NCBI GenBank assembly: GCA_965248265.1
Contig: CBDFJF010000002.1
Span: 2,496,001 to 2,560,000, forward strand
Direction of reading: 5' to 3'
Length of the DNA: 64,000 bases
Source of the DNA: Candidatus Latescibacterota bacterium
GTDB lineage: Bacteria; Latescibacterota; UBA2968; UBA8231
Part shown: positions 38,673 to 48,067 of the stretch, piece by piece
Layout: the number at the start of each line of letters is the position of its first letter
Numbering within the stretch: the stretch's first letter is position 1
Notes under the pieces: model-generated
What the model saw: the letters and a program-made list of their open reading frames with translations, nothing else
The model's database searches: none
What the model was told of the DNA's origin: nothing
Translations under genes and position numbers: made by a program

Positions 38673-40410
38673 TATTCGAAAGGTCCCAATCACCGAGTTT
38701 GGTGATTTTCATCGGCCCCGGTGTCATCGCTGGTCTTCCGTCCGCGACCCACGCGGCGATTTCCTCACGATGTCCCAGTCTGCGCAGGGCATTCCAGGAC
38801 GGCGAGTAAACGGCCCGGCGCAGATCGGCATCCCAGAAAAACAAATAGTCGACGCCGCATTCGTAGAGGGCATGCGCCTTCTCGAAATATTCTTCCGGCG
38901 GGAACTGTCGCGGCATGACGTTAAGGGCCAGCTTGCACTGTGTTCCGCTGGTTCGTTCCAGCCAGTAGTCGACGTCAGCAGTGTCGCTCCAGGATTCGTT
39001 GAGGCTGTCGTACCCAGGTTGCGAAGAATACGGCACGATCGTGTCCACGATGCTCTCCGTGATCCAGGCATCTACGTCGATGGCATCTTGCAGGTTCTCC
39101 TTGGCGTTCGCGCCCACGACAGCGGTGATTTCAACGCGCTTGCTTCGACCCATCTCCTCGGCAACGGCATCCAGGGTCTCACAGACTTCCCGCATAAACT
39201 GGGTCAGCGTCCGCGCACGGTAGGCCAACCAGCGACTGTCGTCCTCGGGTAGCCGACTCGGATGTTCTCCGAACTCTTCGACAAAGCCATCGACGAGTGG
39301 TGGCTCATGGTCCAGCAACGGAGGCCTGCGGTTGTACAGCAGCGCGATTCCGTCTACTCCGAGCAGGGCAATTTCACGCAGCACCGAAACCACGAACTGC
39401 CGAGCTTCTGGAAAGGCGTAGGAAATGCGCGGAGCGACGTTGCCCTCGCGGTCGATACCACGTAGTTCGGGGTGCCGCTTATAGAACGTGTCGCCGCTGT
39501 TGAAGTGGTCGTAGGGTGGGGGATAGTGAAACCCGGCGACGCGATAGCCGGCGTGCAGTTCGAGGCCCATCTCATGGGTTCGATCCAGGATGACGCGAAA
39601 CGGGTCGACGTGCTGCTGCACGAAGTGGCGCCAGCTCTCAGCCTGGTATCGGTACAATGGGTCGGGGAAGTCCTCCACCAGGTCGCGTGTCGTCATGCGG
39701 CCAATCTCGGTGAAGTAGTTCAACTCGTCACCACCGCCCGCTTCCCAGTAAAGGCGCCCGAAATCGCTGTCCCCGAAGCACTCTATGTGCCGGCGCAAGG
39801 CCTCCTCGGTCATGGGACGGCAGAACTGATGGGGACCATGCGCGTCGTTGTGGCCGAAAAGGCGTTTGGTGTCACGACGATCGCGGTCCACCTTGAGCGC
39901 TTCCACCTGATCACTTGAAAGCGGAACGAGCTTGATGTATGCGATGCGGGTGGGAGCACTCTGATGGGCGCCAGATCCGTCGCCGTCGCTGACTGTCATG
40001 GACCGCTGGCCGAGAACAAGATCCTGATCCGTCAGATCGGCGGTCTTCCAGAATAGTTCGTGAATGCACCTGGTACGGTAGGCTGGAGTTGTCAGTCTGC
40101 CATCAGATTCCTGTTGTGGCGGCAACTGCGCCATCTCGACCATGGAGAACGTGGTGTCATCACTCAGCCGTGCCAGGAACTCGACTGGAAACAGGTACTG
40201 CGAGAACACGCCGAAGTGGATCTCATGCCACCCTTGAGTATCCAGAGTACACACGATATCCGCGGCGGCGGTTTCCGGTCCCGCCACCAGCATGGTGCCG
40301 GAAACCGAGTCGGTTTCGTAGGCCAGGGTGCGCCAGTGTCCGGGTTTGGGTTCGCGGGAGAGCAGGTGCGCTGGCAGGCACTGGCTCAGGTCGCTCAAAT
40401 AAACGGTCAT
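38659..40410 (-). CDS. GHL10/DUF187-like TIM-barrel protein with N-terminal beta domain
   Basis: HNDAH, FYKRHPE, SYAFPEAR, VDGIALLYNR, FFWD. Confidence 0.65.
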   Translation of the reverse strand: MTVYLSDLSQCLPAHLLSREPKPGHWRTLAYETDSVSGTMLVAGPETAAADIVCTLDTQGWHEIHFGVFSQYLFPVEFLARLSDDTTFSMVEMAQLPPQQESDGRLTTPAYRTRCIHELFWKTADLTDQDLVLGQRSMTVSDGDGSGAHQSAPTRIAYIKLVPLSSDQVEALKVDRDRRDTKRLFGHNDAHGPHQFCRPMTEEALRRHIECFGDSDFGRLYWEAGGGDELNYFTEIGRMTTRDLVEDFPDPLYRYQAESWRHFVQQHVDPFRVILDRTHEMGLELHAGYRVAGFHYPPPYDHFNSGDTFYKRHPELRGIDREGNVAPRISYAFPEARQFVVSVLREIALLGVDGIALLYNRRPPLLDHEPPLVDGFVEEFGEHPSRLPEDDSRWLAYRARTLTQFMREVCETLDAVAEEMGRSKRVEITAVVGANAKENLQDAIDVDAWITESIVDTIVPYSSQPGYDSLNESWSDTADVDYWLERTSGTQCKLALNVMPRQFPPEEYFEKAHALYECGVDYLFFWDADLRRAVYSPSWNALRRLGHREEIAAWVADGRPAMTPGPMKITKLGDWDLSNITPG

Positions 40411-40437
40411 GTCAGAACAGGACTCCGATGCCCAGGG

Positions 40438-41469
40438 CTACTCGTGTTCGAGCACGACCTTGACCGACTCCGGTCCGAGCGCGGTCTCCAGCGCTTCAGG
40501 CAGGGCTGCCAGCGGATAGGCATCCGTAATCAGCGGCTGAACGTTGAGCTTTTTTCTAGCGAGCAGATCAATGGCGAAACCGAATTGGTGGGCAAAGCGA
40601 AAGGAACCACGTATAGTCAACTCCTTGACCAGCGCCAGATTAGCCGGCAGGGGTACATCGCCCAGCTGATTGCCTATCTGAACGATGACTCCTCCTGGCG
40701 TACAGCGTTCATAGGCGGAACGCAGAGCCGGAGCTGCTCCAGAAGCCTCCATTACGATGTCAAACCCGTCACAGATCTTCGCCACGGTCTCCAACTCTTC
40801 GTCGTCATCGGCCATGATCGCGTGATCGGCCCACAGCTCGGAGGCCAGGTCGAGGGCGCGCTGCCGCACGTCTGTCACCGTGATCCGCGCAGCGCCGTGA
40901 TGCCGGGTGACCAGCCCCAGCAACTGGCCGATCGGACCGGCGCCGGATATGAGCACTCGTTTCCCTGCCAAGCTGCCTGCCCGCTGCGCGGCCTGCAGGA
41001 CGACGGACAGCGGTTCGAGCAGCGCTGCCTGTCGCCACGAGAGCCCCTCAGGAAGGATGTGGCAGCGCTCCGCCAGGGCGGGCACCAATTCCCGGAAACA
41101 GCCATCCATGTGGGGTGTGGTCGCGGCTGAGCCGAAGTATTTCATATGGCGGCAGAGATTATAGGCTCCTTCGACGCACTGACGGCATGTACCGCAGGGA
41201 TGAGACGGGTCGACAGCCACTCTGGTGCCAACTGGCAATCGATCGGAGTGGTCACCGGCATCCGCTACCTCCCCGGCGAACTCGTGACCGAGAACGAAAG
41301 GCTCCTTCACCTCGAAACCAGAGTTCCGCCCGTGTTCGAAGTAGTGCATGTCCGTGCCGCAGATTCCGGCTGCCTGCAGTCGTACCAACACCTGATCTGT
41401 GTCAATCGTGGGGACCGATACTTGCTCGTCGCGCAGGTCTCTGGCTCCGTGGAGATAGAATGCCCGCAT
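40438..41469 (-). CDS. idnD: Zn-dependent dehydrogenase, L-idonate 5-dehydrogenase-like
   Basis: GICGTDMHY, LGHE, CGTCRQC...NLC, YFGSAATTPHMDG, GAGPIG, RGSFRF. Confidence 0.8.
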   Translation of the reverse strand: MRAFYLHGARDLRDEQVSVPTIDTDQVLVRLQAAGICGTDMHYFEHGRNSGFEVKEPFVLGHEFAGEVADAGDHSDRLPVGTRVAVDPSHPCGTCRQCVEGAYNLCRHMKYFGSAATTPHMDGCFRELVPALAERCHILPEGLSWRQAALLEPLSVVLQAAQRAGSLAGKRVLISGAGPIGQLLGLVTRHHGAARITVTDVRQRALDLASELWADHAIMADDDEELETVAKICDGFDIVMEASGAAPALRSAYERCTPGGVIVQIGNQLGDVPLPANLALVKELTIRGSFRFAHQFGFAIDLLARKKLNVQPLITDAYPLAALPEALETALGPESVKVVLEHE

Positions 41470-41472
41470 TCG

Positions 41473-44151
41473 CTATGTCTGACTCGCTGAGGCTTCTGGG
41501 GTCGCGTCGGATTCGGCGTGTGGCGGCAGCAGTATGGTCAACGTAGTCCCCACGCCTGGCGTTGATTCGAGCTCGAGTCGTCCCGAGCATTGCTCGATGA
41601 TGCTCCGACAGATCGAGAGTCCAAGACCAGTGCCTTTGTCCGGATCCTTGGTCGTGAAGAACGGCTCCCAGATACGCTCATGGAGTTCCTCTGGAATGCC
41701 GGCGCCATTGTCAGTCACACTGATACTGACGTGTCCATCATTGAAGTCGGTGCGGATCTCGATGCGGGCTCCGTCCATCTCCGGTCCCATGCCCAACAGC
41801 GAATCCCTCGCGTTGACGAGCAGATTGAGGATGACCTCCTCCAGCGAGTAGGGATTGACGTTCACGGACGGAAGTTCGTTGCCGTTGGTGACGTTCAGCT
41901 CTATGCCCTGTGATTTGAGCTGGGACCCAAGCAGGCCGATGCTTGACTGGACTATGTCGTTGACATCGGCAATTCCCGTATCCGGCCTTCCAGCCTGGCG
42001 GGCGAACAGCCGAACGTGGTCGATGATGTGGACCATGCGATCGGCCTGATCGATGATCGACTGTTGCCGTGCCACCAGCTTATCCCCATCGAGATCCCAG
42101 CCTTTCTCCAGGCCGATCAGTGTGAGCTCGGCGTAGCCTCTTATGCCCGTGAGTGGCTGATTCAGTTCGTGAGCGATACCTGCCGCCATTTCGCCCAACG
42201 ATCTCAAGCGGTCAGCGCGCATGCTGAGGACCTTCTGCTCTTCAAGCTCGACCTCGGCACTCATACGGTTGTGCTCGGCTTCCACGCGCGAAGTCACGTC
42301 GACGATGGAGCCGACGATCTCGGACGGGTTGCCGTGTTCATCGCGCACTAGAAAGGTCTCGTCCCTGACCCAGCGGTACTCTCCATCTCCGCCTTGAATG
42401 CGATACTCCTGCGCCAGCTGACCCGAGCGCAGCACGCGCGACTGCTCGCCCATGACCCGGGGCAGGTCTTCCATGTGGATGCGCCACTTGAGGAAATTCG
42501 GGTTGGACAGAAAGGTCGAGACTTCCAGACCCAACAGAGGCTCGACGCTGGCTGACACGAAGGAGAAGCCGAAGGGTTGATCCAGCGGCCGGCTGTAGAG
42601 GACGGCAGGACTGCTTCTCAACAGATGCTGCAAACGTTCCTCGACTTCCATCAAGGCACGTGTTTCCTGTTTCCAGTGGCTGATATCGCGCGTCACGAGG
42701 CACACGATGCTCTCGCCCCGGTATTCGATCGTGTAGGCATCAATCTCAGCATCTAGGGCGGGGCCGGTCGTCGAGCGCAGGCGATGTTGCCCGGTATATG
42801 GCCGGTCAGCGTCCGCGGCAGCAAACAGATCCTGCAGTTCTTCGCCGACAGCAAAGATGGACTCAACCCGGATATTCCGGTGCTCGGGAGACGCGATATT
42901 TAGCTGCGAGACGAGCGAGGCGTTCATTTCGACGACGGCATGCGAGCGCGGGTCGAAGAACAGGATGCCTTCGGTACTCTTCTCAAGAATGGCGCGGTAG
43001 CGCGCATCGCGCACCCGCAACGATTCCAGAGTCGCTCGCCGAAAGCGCCGGCGAACGCCGGAATAAATCAGCATCAAGACAACGGTTCCGGCCCCGATGC
43101 CACCAGCCCATCGAAGGGCGAGGGCGTTCTCTTTTTTCGAGTTGGCGATGTCGGTCGCGTCGCCGAACCATCGGGGATCCCCAATCGGCGTATGGTCTTC
43201 GCCCAACCAGAGACATGGCGACTCTGGTAACAGGGAGAAGTCATCACTTTCCGAGTCGAAAAAACGTGGATCGGCCTTCAGGCAGTTCAGGCAGCGGGCC
43301 CCCTCAACGTGCTGGTGCTTTTTGGAATCGAAAATACAGGAGTTGAGAACGGATAGATGGTCGGTGCCGCCGACCACCTCGCCTCTGATGGTCGATAGAA
43401 TGACCCCGGACACGAGTGCGTCCGTCACATCTTTCAGGACGATGCCCTCACCAGCCTCGTGGATAGTGATGTCGGAAATTCGAACGGAAATCGGTTCGTC
43501 CTTCTGAGTGACTTGGATCGCCGTGTCGATGTCGTGAAAGGTGCTGTTGGATACCAGCAGGTTGCGAATCATGTCCCCGGAACCGAAGCCCAGGGCGCGA
43601 CGACCGATATCATGGAACTGGGAATTGTGTACCTCGCACCATGCGAAGGTTACCCCAACATCGCCTGAGATCGCATCCCCAGCGATGTTGCGGAACTGGC
43701 AATTTTCGACAATCAGTGTGTTGGGCTGACGAGCCTGGGAGTAGATCGCGTACTCAGCCCCCTTGGCCCCATCGAAGGTGATGCCCTGCACCCGCAGATC
43801 GGAGTAAACCCGCAGCAGTACAGATTCCGCGGTCAAGATGGGTGGAGACTTGAGATCCGGTGCGGCGAGAAAGGTCAGCGGGACATCTGGCAGGGTGACC
43901 GTCGTGCTCTCTTCATAGCGTCCGCTGGCGGCGAATCGAACGCTGTCGCGCGCGGCCAACAGAGGCAGCAAGGCGTGGATTCGGTCGCGACCGGGGTGAA
44001 TGTCGTGCGTGCGAGCCGAGGCGCCCGACGCGGTCAGCATCGCGATCAGGCACACCAGAAAACAGATGAAAGCTCTTGAATGAGCGGCGTCAGACAGAGT
44101 TACCCACCCTCGTTCTGGTCGATCTCTGTTTTGATTCGCGTTTTCTGCCAT
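41473..44151 (-). CDS. Sensor histidine kinase with extracellular pectin-lyase-like beta-helix, TM, two PAS domains, HisKA, HATPase (start uncertain, ~44040-44200)
   Basis: Beta-helix turns (VENCQF, VHNSQF, VSNSTF), closing motif ADPRF.D...DFSL...SP...IGDPRW, PAS (EYRI...GEYRWVRD), GIAHELNQP, FFTTK, GTGLGL. Confidence 0.85.
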   Translation of the reverse strand: MAENANQNRDRPERGWVTLSDAAHSRAFICFLVCLIAMLTASGASARTHDIHPGRDRIHALLPLLAARDSVRFAASGRYEESTTVTLPDVPLTFLAAPDLKSPPILTAESVLLRVYSDLRVQGITFDGAKGAEYAIYSQARQPNTLIVENCQFRNIAGDAISGDVGVTFAWCEVHNSQFHDIGRRALGFGSGDMIRNLLVSNSTFHDIDTAIQVTQKDEPISVRISDITIHEAGEGIVLKDVTDALVSGVILSTIRGEVVGGTDHLSVLNSCIFDSKKHQHVEGARCLNCLKADPRFFDSESDDFSLLPESPCLWLGEDHTPIGDPRWFGDATDIANSKKENALALRWAGGIGAGTVVLMLIYSGVRRRFRRATLESLRVRDARYRAILEKSTEGILFFDPRSHAVVEMNASLVSQLNIASPEHRNIRVESIFAVGEELQDLFAAADADRPYTGQHRLRSTTGPALDAEIDAYTIEYRGESIVCLVTRDISHWKQETRALMEVEERLQHLLRSSPAVLYSRPLDQPFGFSFVSASVEPLLGLEVSTFLSNPNFLKWRIHMEDLPRVMGEQSRVLRSGQLAQEYRIQGGDGEYRWVRDETFLVRDEHGNPSEIVGSIVDVTSRVEAEHNRMSAEVELEEQKVLSMRADRLRSLGEMAAGIAHELNQPLTGIRGYAELTLIGLEKGWDLDGDKLVARQQSIIDQADRMVHIIDHVRLFARQAGRPDTGIADVNDIVQSSIGLLGSQLKSQGIELNVTNGNELPSVNVNPYSLEEVILNLLVNARDSLLGMGPEMDGARIEIRTDFNDGHVSISVTDNGAGIPEELHERIWEPFFTTKDPDKGTGLGLSICRSIIEQCSGRLELESTPGVGTTLTILLPPHAESDATPEASASQT

Positions 44152-44840
44152 TCGTAGTCGACTTCGCCGTCGTAGAAGACCTCCGGCGCCTCGATAGCCC
44201 AACCCTGTTTGCGGATGAGCCAGTTTTCTGGGTCAAGGGAGACGCCCTCTTGTAACGCCTGCAAGGCAGCCTGCGGCTTGCCTTCGTCGAGGTAGCCGAC
44301 TGCGCGCTGCAGGCAGGCGTCGGATTGTCGCTCCTCCGGTGTAATCAGCTCTGCGGCTGCCGGTTCACTCGCCTCGTTCCATGAATCCGGCCGACTGCCC
44401 GTTGAAGCCCAATTCTCCAACTCGCTTCGGAACGTCGAATCACCGATATCGACCATACTGACAGGTCGGGCGAGTTGTCCATCGGCATCGATGACAATAC
44501 CGACGGGAACATACTTCACGCCGAATGCCTTGCCGACCACGTTGCCCCTGTCCACTAAAGACGGAAAGGTCGCCATGGCTTTTTCGAGCCAGGGCTTGGC
44601 ATAGTCCTCACCTTGAGCGTCTTGAGCGATCGAGATTACGTTGCAGTTTTCGCCGTTCTTATTGAAGAATGACTGCCATCCAGGCAGTTGCGATCGGCAG
44701 CGTCACCACGAGGCCCACATGTAGAGGACCGTTCGCCTGCCGAGAAAGTCCCGAGGTCCCAAGGATCGGTCGGAACCGATTTCGGGCAAGGTGAATTCTG
44801 GTAGTTCGCGGCGGGTGTCATTGGTACCTTTGCTGGTCAT
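44100..44840 (-). CDS. Putative selenoprotein: ResA/TlpA-like thioredoxin (WASW-U-R-C, Sec46) with C-terminal TPR-like region, 246 aa
   Basis: ATG 44840 with GAGGAG RBS; MTSKG...PEFTLP...RTVLYMWASW[TGA 44705-44703]RCRSQLPGWQ...ISIAQD...FPSLVD...YVP continues in frame to TAA 44100. Confidence 0.85.
44672..44688 (-). promoter_or_regulatory. Putative bacterial SECIS hairpin
   Basis: ACUGCC-UGGAU-GGCAGU: 6-bp stem and G-containing apical loop starting 21 nt after the UGA. Confidence 0.65.
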
Positions 44841-44854
44841 CGATAAACTCTCCT

Positions 44855-46405
44855 CTACTCTCCGTAGGCTATCCAGAATTCGACGTTCTCAATGCCCAGC
44901 GGCGGACGGATTCGGGCGTCGCGCTTGACGAGAACGACCTTGACTTCGTGGCCGCCCGGTGAAATCTGTGCCGCTTCAAGGTCCCACACCAGCCAGCTGT
45001 TCTCGTCGACGTCGGCCGGGTTGTTGGGATTCTCCGCGGTCTGATTGCGGATCGCGGGGGGACCCAGCGGCGTGCCATCCAGGGTCACCGCTACTTCGTC
45101 TCCGGTGGGCGAGAAGTGTGCCATTTCGAGCAATAACTGCAGGCTGCTGGCTTTCCCCGGATCCGCGTCGTGGGTGGAAATGTGGAAGGTCGGGCCGTCA
45201 GCAGTCAACGTCCGATGGAGGTCGACGGGGACCTCACCATAGATGCGATCATCCCGTTCGGAGTCCAGGCGCAGCGGGTTGGTGCCGATGCTTCGGTAAA
45301 TGGCGGTATAGGCCTTGTCTTGATCCTTCAGCGTTTCAGTTGACCCAATCGTCGAAAGAGAATGACGCCGAGTCGTAGCATTTGCATGCCAGTTGAAGAT
45401 GTAGATGCCGTGGGCGCCACGATCGAAGTGGCCCTGCGCCATGCCGGCGAACCAGCGATCGCGCCACCGAGTATGTGGGATCAGTCGATTGGCCAGCTGT
45501 CGTGAGTCGAAGTCCAGACCGGGATACACCTGGATGTCGGTGCCTTCTACAAGGCGGAGAAATTCCTCGGTCTCGAAACAGGGGTCCGTTCCGGAATTGC
45601 CGCCACCAATGATGATGTCGCACAAGCCCTCTTTGACCCAGGTCTCTAGGTCGTAGCCGATACGACGGCATGATTCCAGGGTCGCAGCCACCCGTACGGC
45701 GACGGGGAAGGGGCGGCCGCGTTCTTCGGCCAGTCGATTGGTCATCTGGCGCACGGCCCGCTGCAGATCGGTGAGGGCGTAACGCAGCCGGTACTCGTGG
45801 TTGCCGGGCAGGTGAAAGGCATGACGTTGCCAGTCGAGTTCGACGCCGTCCCAGTCCGTCAGGCGACAGGCCTGCTCGATGAGGTCCAGCTTGTGTTCGC
45901 GAACCTCCGGAATGGCCATGTTCCATGAGGTCGCGCACCACCCCGGTGCCTGGTCGCCGAGGCACCATTCGGGGTGCTGTTTGCGCAGATCCGTCATCTC
46001 ATGTTCGTCGGACTTCTGCATGGCTTCCAGATCCTGGATGGTCCAGAAGTGCTGGTCGTTCATGCGGATGGATGGCCACGCATCGATGCCGAGCTCGCGT
46101 CCGCGCGCTACCATCGCGCCGTATAGATCCTCGCCGCGTTCCAGCAAGGCGCGGATGTTCTCCGTATCCCGCATGGCCAGGACACTGTCGTAGATCCTGC
46201 CGACTGAATCGCCCTTTACCGGTAGATTCCCTGACAACCACGTTGCTTCGTGGATGCCCATGCACCAGAACAGGGCGTCTACCTGGGTGTCGGCGAGGGG
46301 GGCGTAGACCTTTTCCAGGAACTGCTCTACGGTCTGGGGGTATTCGTCGTAGTGGTGAGGGGCACCATCCCAGTTATAGATGATTCGGTATGGGGATTGA
46401 GCCAT
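44855..46405 (-). CDS. GHL10/DUF187-like TIM-barrel protein (close paralogue of 15544-17184)
   Basis: IIYNWDG, SIRMNDQH, HPEW, SWNMAIPEVRE, DWDGVELDWQRH, GGNSGTD, FNWHAN. Confidence 0.7.
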   Translation of the reverse strand: MAQSPYRIIYNWDGAPHHYDEYPQTVEQFLEKVYAPLADTQVDALFWCMGIHEATWLSGNLPVKGDSVGRIYDSVLAMRDTENIRALLERGEDLYGAMVARGRELGIDAWPSIRMNDQHFWTIQDLEAMQKSDEHEMTDLRKQHPEWCLGDQAPGWCATSWNMAIPEVREHKLDLIEQACRLTDWDGVELDWQRHAFHLPGNHEYRLRYALTDLQRAVRQMTNRLAEERGRPFPVAVRVAATLESCRRIGYDLETWVKEGLCDIIIGGGNSGTDPCFETEEFLRLVEGTDIQVYPGLDFDSRQLANRLIPHTRWRDRWFAGMAQGHFDRGAHGIYIFNWHANATTRRHSLSTIGSTETLKDQDKAYTAIYRSIGTNPLRLDSERDDRIYGEVPVDLHRTLTADGPTFHISTHDADPGKASSLQLLLEMAHFSPTGDEVAVTLDGTPLGPPAIRNQTAENPNNPADVDENSWLVWDLEAAQISPGGHEVKVVLVKRDARIRPPLGIENVEFWIAYGE

Positions 46406-46468
46406 GGTGGTCACTCCTCGCACAAGGCTGAATGCAGCGTCGATAATGGCATTACCGACAAATTAAGG

Positions 46469-47272
46469 TCAGCTGCCAGTCGATGTATAGTGTCTGACGC
46501 CGAAAAGCCACACGCGCAAGGAGATCAAGAGAAAGAGGAAACCGACCAGAGGAGACAACCAGGAGAAGAAGTACACCGGATCACTCGTGGTTACCCGACC
46601 AAGCACGGCCAGCATCGGGTAGTAGTTTACGCACGCCAGCGGGATCACGTAGGTGAACAGTTTTCGGAACCAGTCTTGATAGATCTCGAGGGGATATCGA
46701 ATGGTTTCCACGCCTCCGTAGACGGCGGCATTCGCGATTTCAAGCCCTTCGGTCGTCCAGAAAGCCAGCGTCGCCTGAAAAACAACGATCGCGTAGAACG
46801 TTGCCGCGCCTCCGATGATACTGGAAACGACAAGCATGGATCGCTGCATGGTCCAGTCGATATCGAGAACCCAGACCGCCCATGCAAGCACCAGGAATGC
46901 TTGAGAAAAACGACCGATTCTCCGCAACGTCAATTCCTGGCCGGCGAGTTGCAGAGCTGTGCTTCTCGGTCTGAGCAGCAGGCGGTCGAACTCACCAGCT
47001 TTCACGGTTTGGCCAAAGCGATCAAACCCCGCGGTAAAAGCATCGGCAATCGCAAAGGAGAGAGCCGCCGTTCCGTAGAAAAGAGCGACTTCCTGGAAGG
47101 ACCAACCCTGTACCGCCTTGAATCGATCGAACAGTACCCAAACAGAGATGAACTCAATCCCAGTCGTTACGAAGTCGCCGATCGTCAACATCACGAATGA
47201 GGCGCGATACTGCATTTGCGCTCGTAGTGAAATCGCTATCAGTCTGGTATAGATCCGGATTGCGTCAGCCAT
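46469..47272 (-). CDS. ABC-2 family permease (DUF990/ABC2_membrane_6)
   Basis: QYRASF, GWS, GEFDRLLLRP, YPLEIY. Confidence 0.9.
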   Translation of the reverse strand: MADAIRIYTRLIAISLRAQMQYRASFVMLTIGDFVTTGIEFISVWVLFDRFKAVQGWSFQEVALFYGTAALSFAIADAFTAGFDRFGQTVKAGEFDRLLLRPRSTALQLAGQELTLRRIGRFSQAFLVLAWAVWVLDIDWTMQRSMLVVSSIIGGAATFYAIVVFQATLAFWTTEGLEIANAAVYGGVETIRYPLEIYQDWFRKLFTYVIPLACVNYYPMLAVLGRVTTSDPVYFFSWLSPLVGFLFLLISLRVWLFGVRHYTSTGS

Positions 47273-47275
47273 CGC

Positions 47276-48067
47276 TCACCCTCCCTGCACGACGAGGTTG
47301 CGGCGACCTCGGATGAAGAGGGCTCGACTCAACAGCATGAGGGCTACCGTCCACGCGACTTGATGCCCCAAGTATGGCAGTAATTCAGCCGCTGGTATGT
47401 GTCCCAGGTAGAATCGAAACGGGATGTCGATGAGCCCGCGGAAGGGGAGGAAGTTGAGCACAGGCTGCATCCACTGCGGGTACAGTGGAAGGGGAACCGC
47501 CATACCAGACAGCGCATAGGCGATGGCAGGCATCATGCGCGAAATCCCCTCGCCGGAAATCGTCCAGAGCAGGCTGACGGTCATTACGGTGGCGAGGGCG
47601 CTGCTCAGGAGCAACGCTCCAATCATCGCTGCGATCCAGGCTGAGAAAGCGGCCAGACTTGGAGGTGCTACCATATCCACGACGGTGAAAGCCAGGACAA
47701 GGATGGGGCTGGCTCTGAGGGCAACTGTGCCGACTCGTTGCGCCATCACCCTTGCGAACCAGTAGAAAGGGATGTCAACTGGCCTGAGCATTTCGTAGGC
47801 GACTGTACCCGTCCGGATTTGCTGGCGAACGTCGGGATCGGCTCCCCAGCCGATTATGCCGAGAAAGGCCTGGCCCAACCAGACGTAAGCGATCACATCG
47901 GTCAGGGTCATTGGCATGTCCGCCGTGGTTGACCGGTAGAATGCCTCGAACAGCATCATTCGGATCAATCCCCAGAAACATTGCGTCCCAACGCCGGAGA
48001 TCGCGGCGACCCGGTACTGGAGCTGAGTCTGGAATCGAGCCAGGAAAACGCTGTAGTAGGCTCTCAC
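47276..48067 (-). CDS. ABC-2 family permease (DUF990-type)
   Basis: LQYR, IRTGTVAYEMLRP, LSG..VPL..YP, VVQGG C-terminus. Confidence 0.9.
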   Translation of the reverse strand: MRAYYSVFLARFQTQLQYRVAAISGVGTQCFWGLIRMMLFEAFYRSTTADMPMTLTDVIAYVWLGQAFLGIIGWGADPDVRQQIRTGTVAYEMLRPVDIPFYWFARVMAQRVGTVALRASPILVLAFTVVDMVAPPSLAAFSAWIAAMIGALLLSSALATVMTVSLLWTISGEGISRMMPAIAYALSGMAVPLPLYPQWMQPVLNFLPFRGLIDIPFRFYLGHIPAAELLPYLGHQVAWTVALMLLSRALFIRGRRNLVVQGG

